From assembly GCA_958422985.1 (NCBI GenBank), contig CATZPY010000001.1, forward strand, positions 64,780 through 128,779: 64,000 bases of DNA. The letters are read 5' to 3'. The notes under the pieces were generated by a model. That model did no database searches and was not told the DNA's origin. It worked only from the letters and a program-made list of their open reading frames with translations. Shown here one piece after another: positions 34,439-42,968 of this stretch; positions within the stretch are counted from its first letter, which is position 1; each line of letters opens with the position of its first letter. Made by a program: the position numbers and the translations under genes. This DNA is from an uncultured Clostridium sp. GTDB lineage: Bacteria; Bacillota; Clostridia; TANB77; CAG-508.

Positions 34439-36067
34439 ATGAAACTACAAAGCTGGATAGTAATATTTTCTATTATTGTTATACCAATAGTATTAGTAAT
34501 GTCTTTATATATACAAATGCAAATAAGCTATGTAAACTTACAAAGCAATTATGATACTATATTAAATAATGCAACATATGATGCAATAAAGGCATTCCAA
34601 ATAAATGAAACAAATAGTACAACACAAAATATAGCACAAGAAAAAATAAGAGATGTTGAAGCATCTGTAACAACATTTTATAATTCATTGGCTACAAATT
34701 TTGGACAAAGTGGATATTCAGAAGATGAACTACAAAGTTATATACCAGCATTAGTATATACTTTATATGATGGATATTACATATATACTAGATATAATAA
34801 TGTAGTAACAGAAAATAATACAATTAATTTAAATTCTACCAAATCAGAAACAGGGCTTAAACCATATGTATATTATTCTGGAAGATATAAAACAGACGCA
34901 GGGGAAGATATTGTAATAAATTATACATTAGATAATTATATAACAATATTTTATAAAAGAGGTTCAGAGTATAAAACATATTCTGGTTTTTTAATAGATA
35001 CATCTAAAACAGATTCTATTGGAACTTGGTACAATAGCGGTGGAACAAGAATAAGCATAGGAAGTGAAGATTTAGCAGAAATAAATCGTACAGCTAGTGA
35101 GAACAATTCTACACAAAAATATAATTATACATATTTTACTAATTCAAATGGAAGAAGAGAAAAAGCCTATTGGGATGGTAGCAAATGGTATAAATATAAT
35201 GTTGATGGAACTGTAAATTATGTTGATGAAAATATGATTGCACAATTAGGCAATTCGTATAAAAGAGATACAAGCGCACAGAAATATTTACAAGATGCAT
35301 ATAAATTTACAAATGAAGTTAAAAGTATATTAAGAAACATTAAATTAGGAGATATTGTAGACGTTAATAAAGAAGAACTAGGAATTACAGGGAATGTGGC
35401 AAATAAAAACCTAATAGATTTTGGAGCAACAGATGGAACAATGTTAAATACTTTTAATGAACATAAACAGCAAGTTATGAAAAATTCTATTACAACAAAC
35501 TTAAAAGCAACAATTGCAAAGTTTAATGAGAATTCTACACATCCAGCTAAAATGCCAACTTTAACAGAAAACGAATGGAATATGATTTTAAGCAATACAT
35601 GTTTAATATCATTTATGCAAGGTCAAAATATAGGAAATGGATATTACATGGGATATAGTATTGTAACAAATAATAAAAATAGAGAATTTGTTGATCCAAA
35701 ACTAATATATATTTTAGATAAAGATAAAAATCAATTTCACGATGTTAGACATTTAAATGCGAGTCTTTCAGGGAATATTATGGGATATAGAAATATAGAT
35801 TTCGACTCACAAAGTTATGTTGCAAGTGATGGTTCTGTTAAAAATTATTTCCTTCATGGCAAAGCGACAGCAGATTATGCTTGTATAGTAACTTCTGCAG
35901 ATATAACAACATCTAAAGGAAATAGTGAAGCTGATAATTCTTCGGGAAATTATACAACACCTTTAGATGAAATATTAAGTTCAGCTCCATATAATATAAA
36001 ACAAACATATTATACAGCACTATTTAGAGAAAGATGTAATTCTTATAAGAGTTTAATGCTAAGCTAA
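34439..36067 (+). CDS. Large N-terminally anchored protein P7, weakly TadG-like
   Basis: 542 aa. WIVIFSIIVIPIVLVMSLYIQMQISYVNLQSNYDTILNNATYDAIKA resembles the TadE/G-like N-terminal pattern (hydrophobic helix, LQ..D..A.DA). Confidence 0.4.
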   Translation: MKLQSWIVIFSIIVIPIVLVMSLYIQMQISYVNLQSNYDTILNNATYDAIKAFQINETNSTTQNIAQEKIRDVEASVTTFYNSLATNFGQSGYSEDELQSYIPALVYTLYDGYYIYTRYNNVVTENNTINLNSTKSETGLKPYVYYSGRYKTDAGEDIVINYTLDNYITIFYKRGSEYKTYSGFLIDTSKTDSIGTWYNSGGTRISIGSEDLAEINRTASENNSTQKYNYTYFTNSNGRREKAYWDGSKWYKYNVDGTVNYVDENMIAQLGNSYKRDTSAQKYLQDAYKFTNEVKSILRNIKLGDIVDVNKEELGITGNVANKNLIDFGATDGTMLNTFNEHKQQVMKNSITTNLKATIAKFNENSTHPAKMPTLTENEWNMILSNTCLISFMQGQNIGNGYYMGYSIVTNNKNREFVDPKLIYILDKDKNQFHDVRHLNASLSGNIMGYRNIDFDSQSYVASDGSVKNYFLHGKATADYACIVTSADITTSKGNSEADNSSGNYTTPLDEILSSAPYNIKQTYYTALFRERCNSYKSLMLS

Positions 36068-36073
36068 ATAAAA

Positions 36074-36105
36074 CCGGGATTTGGGGACGCTCCTTAAAAT
36101 CTCGG
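36074..36105. repeat. Family-A repeat, copy A4
   Basis: CCGGGATTTGGGGACGCTCCTTAAAATCTCGG followed by a T-run. Confidence 0.8.
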
Positions 36106-36149
36106 TTTTATTTTTTGTATGATAGATTTCTGCATAAGACAATTATTCA

Positions 36150-36207
36150 AACTTAAGATTTTTTAAAAATTTACATTTGCAAGTAAAATCTTAGGTTCGC
36201 TTTTTTA
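36150..36207 (+). repeat. Family-B repeat, copy B4
   Basis: ACTTAAGATTTTTTAAAAATTTACATTTGCAAGTAAAATCTTAGGTTCGCTTTTTT. Confidence 0.75.
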
Positions 36208-36271
36208 GTAAAACCTTTCTAGTATTAAAAACATAAAAAAGGATAAAATATATAACATAAGAGGTTTATAT

Positions 36272-37504
36272 ATGAAAAATGCTAAAAAAATTTTATTGAT
36301 TTTAATATTATTTATTATATTATTATATGTAACTAACATAAGCTCTATTCCTAATAGTGTAATATTAATGGAAGGTGAAGAATTAAAGCTAAAAACTATG
36401 CTTGGATTAAACATTTCTGATAATAATGGTGAAACAATAGAAGCAGTCAATTCGGAAAGCGAAAAAGTAACTCATAAAGCAGGAAAAATGGATTTGTCAG
36501 TAAACTTAGCAGGGTTAACTGTAAAAGATTTTACAGTTAATGTGATACCTAACACAGTTGTAATACCAAGTGGAGAAGCTATTGGACTTAGGTTATTTAC
36601 AAGTGGAGTTTTAGTTGTTGGAATGTCAGAAATAAAAGGAGAAGATAATAATAACCATATGCCTTATAAAGATTCTGGAATAAAAGAAGGGGATATGATT
36701 ACTAAAGTAGATAATGAAGTAGTTACATGTACATCTGACTTAACTAAAAAGATAAATAGTTCAAATGGAAATGCAGTAACATTAACTTATGAAAGAGATG
36801 GTAATAAGTATAATACAAATATTATACCAACTAAAACAGATGAAGATGAATATAAACTAGGTTTGTGGGTAAGAGATGCAGCTTCTGGCGTAGGAACAAT
36901 AAGTTTTTATGAGCCAAAGACAGGAGAATTTGCAGCTTTAGGTCATGGAATATTAGATGTGGATACAGAAGAACTTATAGATATAGCAAGAGGTGATATT
37001 GTAACAAGTAAAATTATATCTATAGTAAAAGGAGAAAAAGGAAAGCCAGGAGAACTGCAAGGAAGTATAGAAAATGGTAAAATAATAGGAGAAGTATATA
37101 AGAATACTAATTTTGGAATTTATGGTAAATTGAATAATATAGAAAATCTAAAAAATGAAAATGTAAAGGAAATGAAAGTAATGCCTAGGAATGAAGTAAA
37201 AGAAGGCAAAGCGAGCATATTATGTACTTTAGAAAATAATAAGCAAGAAGAATATGAAATAGAAATAGAGAAAGTATATACGTCAAGCAATAGAGCTAAC
37301 AAAAACATGATAATAAAAGTAACAGATGAAAGATTATTACAAAAAACAGGTGGAATAATACAAGGAATGAGTGGTTCTCCAATAATACAAGATGGAAAAT
37401 TTGTAGGAGCAGTAACACATGTTATGGTTAATAATCCAGAAAAAGGGTATGGAATTTTCGCAGATACAATGTTAAAACAAATGAAAGAAGTAGAAGGAAA
37501 TTAG
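36272..37504 (+). CDS. spoIVB: Stage IV sporulation protein B (SpoIVB signalling peptidase, S55)
   Basis: Signal anchor, a PDZ region and GMSGSPIIQDGKFVGAVTHVMVNNPEKGYGIFADTML. Confidence 0.9.
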   Translation: MKNAKKILLILILFIILLYVTNISSIPNSVILMEGEELKLKTMLGLNISDNNGETIEAVNSESEKVTHKAGKMDLSVNLAGLTVKDFTVNVIPNTVVIPSGEAIGLRLFTSGVLVVGMSEIKGEDNNNHMPYKDSGIKEGDMITKVDNEVVTCTSDLTKKINSSNGNAVTLTYERDGNKYNTNIIPTKTDEDEYKLGLWVRDAASGVGTISFYEPKTGEFAALGHGILDVDTEELIDIARGDIVTSKIISIVKGEKGKPGELQGSIENGKIIGEVYKNTNFGIYGKLNNIENLKNENVKEMKVMPRNEVKEGKASILCTLENNKQEEYEIEIEKVYTSSNRANKNMIIKVTDERLLQKTGGIIQGMSGSPIIQDGKFVGAVTHVMVNNPEKGYGIFADTMLKQMKEVEGN

Positions 37505-37509
37505 CTAAT

Positions 37510-38895
37510 CTAATTTCCTTCTACTATTTGGTCAGAAATTTGTGTTACAGTTCCTGCTCCTAAAGTTAGAACAATATCATTATCTTTAATATTAGATTTT
37601 AAATAATTAATAATATCTGTAAAATCTTTCACATATATAGCATTTTTTCCTAAAGAATTAATTTTATCAACCAAGTCTTGAGAAGAAATACCATATCTAT
37701 TTGTTTCTCTTGCTGCATATATATCTGTAATTATAATATTGTCAAAATTTAATAAAGCTTTTGCAAAATCGTTTAGTAATGTTTTGGTTCTACTATAAGT
37801 ATGAGGTTGGAAAACAACCCAAGATTTATTATACTTTTTATTCATTAAGGCTTTTGCAGTTGCTATTATTTCTGTAGGGTGGTGACCATAGTCATCGAAT
37901 ACAGTAGCATTGTTAACAGTTCCTTTATATTCAAATCTTCTGTGAGCTCCTGTAAACTTTTGCAGAGCAGATTGTATATGATTACTACTTATTCCATAAT
38001 AATCGCAAAGAGCAATACAAGCTAAGGCATTTAAAACATTATGCATTCCTGGAATTTTTAATTGAATTCTTTCGAAGAATTTATCTTTTTTATAAACATC
38101 GAAAGCAGGGAAACCATTATTATCAAATACAATATTTACTGCAAAGAAATCTGTATTTTTATTAGTAATTCCATAAGTTAATTTATTAGCATTTGTATGT
38201 TGTAGTAAATCTAGACAATTAGTATCATCTCCATTAACTACAAGTAAACCATCATCTGGAATGATTTTTACATATTTAATAAAAGCATTTTTTATGTTTT
38301 CAAAAGTTTTAAAGTAATCTAAATGATCATTATCTATATTTAAGATGATTTCAGATTTAGGTGAAAACTTTAAGAAACTTTCTACATATTCACAAGCTTC
38401 TATTATAAAATGTTCACTTAAGCCAACCTTATAATTACCATCTATGGCTTTTAAAATAGCTCCAACTTGAATACTTGGGTCTAAGCCAGCCTCTAAGAAG
38501 CATAAAGACACAAGAGATGTAGTTGTAGTTTTTCCATGTGTACCAGAAATACCAATAGTGTTTGAAAAGGCTTTTGTAAGAAGCCCAAGAAAGTCACATC
38601 TTTCACAAGTTTCAATATTTAATTCTTTTGCTTTTTGCATTTCGGGGTCATTTTCATTTACTGCTGCAGAATAAACAACAATATCTGCTTTAGATAAGTT
38701 TTCGAAGTCATGACCAATAGTAACCGAAATACCATTTTTTTGTAGTTTTTTAACGATTTCGGAATTAGCTATATCTGAGCCAGTAACAATTACACCAAAA
38801 TTATTAAGAATTTCGGCGATTCCACTCATGCTAACACCACCAATTCCAATCATATGTACTCTATTATATTTTTTTATTAAGTTAAGATTAGGCAT
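37510..38895 (-). CDS. murC: UDP-N-acetylmuramate--L-alanine ligase
   Basis: GIGGVSMSGIAEIL and GTHGKTTTTS motifs, 461 aa. Confidence 0.95.
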   Translation of the reverse strand: MPNLNLIKKYNRVHMIGIGGVSMSGIAEILNNFGVIVTGSDIANSEIVKKLQKNGISVTIGHDFENLSKADIVVYSAAVNENDPEMQKAKELNIETCERCDFLGLLTKAFSNTIGISGTHGKTTTTSLVSLCFLEAGLDPSIQVGAILKAIDGNYKVGLSEHFIIEACEYVESFLKFSPKSEIILNIDNDHLDYFKTFENIKNAFIKYVKIIPDDGLLVVNGDDTNCLDLLQHTNANKLTYGITNKNTDFFAVNIVFDNNGFPAFDVYKKDKFFERIQLKIPGMHNVLNALACIALCDYYGISSNHIQSALQKFTGAHRRFEYKGTVNNATVFDDYGHHPTEIIATAKALMNKKYNKSWVVFQPHTYSRTKTLLNDFAKALLNFDNIIITDIYAARETNRYGISSQDLVDKINSLGKNAIYVKDFTDIINYLKSNIKDNDIVLTLGAGTVTQISDQIVEGN

Positions 38896-39111
38896 TAAAA
38901 TTCCCCTCCTGTATTAAACACGTAAGATTATATAATTATTATGTTTTTTTTTCAATATAATTATTACTATTTTATGATAAATATTTTAAAAATGTTAAAA
39001 AATAAATAATTTTGAAAAAATAGAAGGAAAAAAGTTTTTTTTGAAGAATAATATAGTTGTACATATAAATTGTACAATATAATATTTAAAACTTTGGAAG
39101 GCGGTGCTCAA

Positions 39112-39411
39112 ATGCAAATCACAAATGTACGTTTAAAGAAAGTAAATTCAGGAAACAAAATGAAAGCAGTAGCTTCTGTAACATTCGATAACGAATTTGT
39201 TGTACACGACATAAAAGTTATTGAAAAAGATGGATTATTTATAGCTATGCCAAGTAAAAAAACTCAAAACGGAGAGTTTAGAGATGTAGCTCATCCAATT
39301 AATGCTGAAACAAGGGAGAAAATTCAAAACGCTATAATAGAAAAATATAACGAAACTCCAGATGTAGAAGAAGTAGTAAAAAACGAAGAATCTGAAGAAT
39401 CAGCAGAATAA
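39112..39411 (+). CDS. spoVG: Septation/sporulation regulator SpoVG
   Basis: [11 protein letters not shown]...[21 protein letters not shown]. The tracked TTG start at 39070 is unlikely. Confidence 0.9.
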   Translation: MQITNVRLKKVNSGNKMKAVASVTFDNEFVVHDIKVIEKDGLFIAMPSKKTQNGEFRDVAHPINAETREKIQNAIIEKYNETPDVEEVVKNEESEESAE

Positions 39412-39421
39412 TATAAATTAT

Positions 39422-39451
39422 AAAAAACTAGAGCTTTTGCTCTAGTTTTTT
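39422..39451 (+). terminator. Rho-independent terminator of spoVG
   Basis: AAAAAACTAGAGC-TTTT-GCTCTAGTTTTTT. Confidence 0.8.
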
Positions 39452-39467
39452 GATAAGAAAAATATAA

Positions 39468-39499
39468 CTGGGATTTTAAGAAATATACATAAATCCTTG
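39468..39499. repeat. Family-A repeat, copy A5 (degenerate)
   Basis: CTGGGATTTTAAGAAATATACATAAATCCTTG. Confidence 0.55.
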
Positions 39500-39559
39500 T
39501 TTTATGTAATAGAAGAAATTTTTGTAATAGAGAATTATGGAATACCTTAGGGGGACTAT

Positions 39560-41659
39560 ATGAAAAAAAGATTAAATGGATGGATAAAATATGTAATAAT
39601 ATTAGTTATTATATTTGCTATTTTAGGGGTAATATTATGCTTTAATACAGACAAAATACAAATAATGAATAAATTAGATTATAATGTTGCTTTAAACGAA
39701 GATGGAAGTATGAATGTTGTAGAAACATGGAATGTGTATGTAAAAAATACAGGAACTTTGTTTAAAGATTTTTATAACACAAATAAATACCCAATTTCGG
39801 ATATATCTGTAAAAAATTTAAAAACAAACGAACAGTTAGAAGACCTTGGTCACGAAGAATACCATGTAGCAGAAGGAAAATATTATGCAGAAGAAATAAA
39901 AAATAATGTAGTAGAAGTTGCATTTGGGACAGGAAAGAAGAAATCTTTTGGAAATGTTAAATTTCAGGTATCGTATAAAATAGATAATGTTATAAACTCA
40001 TACGAAGATTGTCAAGAATTTTATTGGAAATTTTTAGATAAAAGTAATGGTATGATGTGTAAAAATATTACTGGTACAATAACTTTACCTAGAGATTTAA
40101 ACAATTTAGAAAATTTACTAGTTTGGGGACATGGTAATATAAATGGAAGAATAGATAAAAGTGAAACTAATAAAGTAAAATTTAAGATTAAGAATTTTAG
40201 TGCTGGGAATATGTTAGAGATAAGAGTTGTTACAAAAGAAAAAATGTTTAATGTTGATGGAAAACAATTTACTATGTTGAATGGGATACAAAAAGAAGAA
40301 ACAAGATGGGCTAGTAAAACAAATGATAATATAAAGGAAAATAGAATAATTCTTATAATAATTTTATTAATAGAAGTAATAATATTATTATTTATATTTA
40401 AAGATATAAAAACTTATTTTAATATTAATAAATCTGGTAATAAAATAGAAAAAAGAAACTTAGAATATTTTAGGGATATTCCAAGAGAAGAAACTTCTAC
40501 ACCAGGAGAAGGGGCTTTTTTATATTATTTTGACAATAATTTTAATTGGACAGATGGAAAACAATCTGATGTATTGGCAGCAAATATATTAAACTTATGC
40601 CTTAAAGGATATATATCATTTGAAAAGACATTAGAAGATAAAATATATATTTCTATTATAAAAGATAAAGATGATTTAAAAGAAGATGAAAAAGAAATAT
40701 ATAATTTAATAAAAGATGCGATAGGTAAAAAAGAATCTATAGAAGTTAAAGAATTACAAGATTTTGCAAAGAAAGATTATGATAAATATAGTGCACATGT
40801 AAAATCTATGGTAAAACACATAAAAGAAAATTTATATAGTGAAGATATAATAGATAAGAAACAAGAAAAATTATATAATAAAACCTATAGTCCTACTCCT
40901 ACAATATTTGCGGGGATATTTATGGCTATTATAGTATTTATATTAATGTCATTACTTCCAATAATTGATGTAGGATATCTTGCAGCATTTGGAATATCTA
41001 TAAGAAACAGTTTACTAGAGATTATATTAATATTAGTTCCTATTATAGCAATGCTTATAGTATTAGAACAAAACCGTAAAAAGGCTAGAGGTAATGTATA
41101 TAAACTTACACAAAAAGGTGAAGACGAACAAGCAGAATGGAAGGGACTTTCTAAATATTTAAAACATTATTCTTTGTTAAATGAAAGAGGAGTATTTGAT
41201 ATAATTATATGGGAAAAATATTTAGTATATGCTACAGCATTTGGAATATCTGAAAAGGTAATAGAAGAGCTTCATGCTTCATACCCATATGTATTTACAG
41301 AAGAATATTGGCAGGAAGAAAGACCAACAAAAGGTATTATCGACATGGCATGTAATCCTAGCTATTATAATAAAGAATGTAGCTTTATAGGTTTTACTAA
41401 TGAAATACAAACATCATATAATACAATGCAAACAACAATGAAAGAATATACATCTACACATTCGTCTGCACACTATTCATCATCATCCTTTGGAGGAGGA
41501 GGAGGATTCTCTTCCGGAGGTGGAGGCGGAGGAGGCGGACGGTGCAATGGGCGGACGCTAAAAATAATAACCGGGATTAGGGGAATAGTCCTTAAAATTC
41601 AGGTAGACAAAAATAGTAAGAGATTTTATGAAATTTCTTACTATTTTTATGTAGTATGA
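39560..41659 (+). CDS. DUF2207-type membrane protein with a C-terminal Gly-run; the 3' end is probably mis-framed (see findings)
   Basis: N-terminal TM, an extracytoplasmic domain of about 230 aa, a TM cluster and SSSSFGGGGGFSSGGGGGGGG. The last roughly 40 codons read through a family-A repeat and a terminator hairpin. Confidence 0.55.
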   Translation: MKKRLNGWIKYVIILVIIFAILGVILCFNTDKIQIMNKLDYNVALNEDGSMNVVETWNVYVKNTGTLFKDFYNTNKYPISDISVKNLKTNEQLEDLGHEEYHVAEGKYYAEEIKNNVVEVAFGTGKKKSFGNVKFQVSYKIDNVINSYEDCQEFYWKFLDKSNGMMCKNITGTITLPRDLNNLENLLVWGHGNINGRIDKSETNKVKFKIKNFSAGNMLEIRVVTKEKMFNVDGKQFTMLNGIQKEETRWASKTNDNIKENRIILIIILLIEVIILLFIFKDIKTYFNINKSGNKIEKRNLEYFRDIPREETSTPGEGAFLYYFDNNFNWTDGKQSDVLAANILNLCLKGYISFEKTLEDKIYISIIKDKDDLKEDEKEIYNLIKDAIGKKESIEVKELQDFAKKDYDKYSAHVKSMVKHIKENLYSEDIIDKKQEKLYNKTYSPTPTIFAGIFMAIIVFILMSLLPIIDVGYLAAFGISIRNSLLEIILILVPIIAMLIVLEQNRKKARGNVYKLTQKGEDEQAEWKGLSKYLKHYSLLNERGVFDIIIWEKYLVYATAFGISEKVIEELHASYPYVFTEEYWQEERPTKGIIDMACNPSYYNKECSFIGFTNEIQTSYNTMQTTMKEYTSTHSSAHYSSSSFGGGGGFSSGGGGGGGGRCNGRTLKIITGIRGIVLKIQVDKNSKRFYEISYYFYVV
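41571..41603. repeat. Family-A repeat, copy A6
   Basis: CCGGGATTAGGGGAATAGTCCTTAAAATTCAGG. Confidence 0.75.
41612..41649 (+). terminator. Terminator hairpin
   Basis: AATAGTAAGAGATTT-TATG-AAATTTCTTACTATT followed by TTTAT. Confidence 0.6.
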
Positions 41660-41710
41660 AATTTTTCTTAGTATGAAAAATTTCTGTACTAAAGAACTAT
41701 TGAATACTTC

Positions 41711-41759
41711 ATATTTTATTAGAATTTTTATTGGTCAAAAATTTTAGATACGTTTTTTG
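41711..41759 (+). repeat. Family-B repeat, copy B5 (degenerate)
   Basis: ATATTTTATTAGAATTTTTATTGGTCAAAAATTTTAGATACGTTTTTTG. Confidence 0.5.
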
Positions 41760-41884
41760 CTAAAAAATATTAAAATTAAAAGAAAATGAGAGTAAAAGAG
41801 AGATAAATATAGTAATTTTTAAAGAAATAAAGGGAAAAATAATAAAAAAATAGAAAAAGAGTATAAAAATAATGCATAGAAAAA

Positions 41885-41913
41885 TTGAAAAAGCGTAAAA
41901 TATATGGTATAAT
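41885..41913 (+). promoter_or_regulatory. Sigma-A-type promoter with an extended -10
   Basis: TTGAAA (41885-41890), a 17-nt spacer ending in TGG, then TATAAT (41908-41913). Confidence 0.6.
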
Positions 41914-42021
41914 AAATAGTGCTTGTGTGTAGGAATAAAAGGAGAGTGAATAAATATTTTAAACAAACATTTACAAATTCACACAAAAGAGATAATAAAG
42001 TTTACAGAGATTTTTTCAATA

Positions 42022-42948
42022 ATGCTATTAGTATTATTTACTGTAATTTTATTTAGATATAACATATTATTTAAAATAACAGTAAATGGTGAAGAAATTG
42101 GATATGTAACAAATAAAAGTGAAATAGAAAACGAAATAAATAATTATATAGAAAGTAAAGAAGAAGGGGTTGCTTTTAGAAATTTAGAGGCTGAAGTTAA
42201 ATACGAGCCTAAATTTGTAAGCGAAAAAAGTTCAAATAAAGAAGATGTACTAGGAAAAATAAAAGAAAACATTTCTACAGTATACACAGCGTATGGAATA
42301 ACTATAGATGATCAAATACAAACATATGTAAAAACTGAAGAAGAAGCAGATAAAATCGTTTTAGACTTACAAAACGAATATAAAGATAAACTAGTACTTA
42401 ATATTGGAGTAAAGCAAATATTTGAAAAAGAAAAGATAGAAACAGAAAAAGAAACTGTGGCTATTGCAAAAATAAAAACAGAGAATTTAGATAAAAAAGT
42501 AGCACAAAAAGAGGAAGAAGCAAAACAAGCTAAGGTTGCAAGAAAAACTGAAACGAAAAGTAGCAATAAAGTTGTTGTTGCAGTAAGACCAGTTAATGGT
42601 GGGAGAATAACATCCAGATTTGGAGAAAGAAGTAGTATTCGTTCAAGCTCACATACTGGTTTAGATATAGCATCTCCATCTGGTACACCTATAAAAGCAG
42701 CAGCCTCAGGAACAGTTACATTTTCAGGATATAAAGGATCATATGGGTATTTAGTAAAAATTAAATGCGATAATGGTTACGAAATGTGGTATGGTCATTG
42801 TAGTAAATTATATGTAAAAAATGGCCAGAGAGTTTCTGCAGGAGAAAAAATAGCAGCTGTAGGTTCAACAGGTAATTCTACAGGTTCACACTTACACTTT
42901 GAAATAAGAAAAGATGGTAAAGCTTTAAATCCTCAAAAATATATGTAA
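42022..42948 (+). CDS. M23 (LytM-type) peptidoglycan endopeptidase; the true start is possibly upstream (see findings)
   Basis: SSHTGLDIASPSGTPI...GSTGNSTGSHLHFEIRKDG. Confidence 0.85.
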   Translation: MLLVLFTVILFRYNILFKITVNGEEIGYVTNKSEIENEINNYIESKEEGVAFRNLEAEVKYEPKFVSEKSSNKEDVLGKIKENISTVYTAYGITIDDQIQTYVKTEEEADKIVLDLQNEYKDKLVLNIGVKQIFEKEKIETEKETVAIAKIKTENLDKKVAQKEEEAKQAKVARKTETKSSNKVVVAVRPVNGGRITSRFGERSSIRSSSHTGLDIASPSGTPIKAAASGTVTFSGYKGSYGYLVKIKCDNGYEMWYGHCSKLYVKNGQRVSAGEKIAAVGSTGNSTGSHLHFEIRKDGKALNPQKYM

Positions 42949-42968
42949 TTAATTATATGGAGTGATTT

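Noticed and set aside
41760-41966. A 68-aa Phe/Ile-rich minus-strand ORF with a TTG start
   Set aside because: It is an AT-rich intergenic artefact. It overlaps the promoter and SD of the M23 gene and a family-B repeat.
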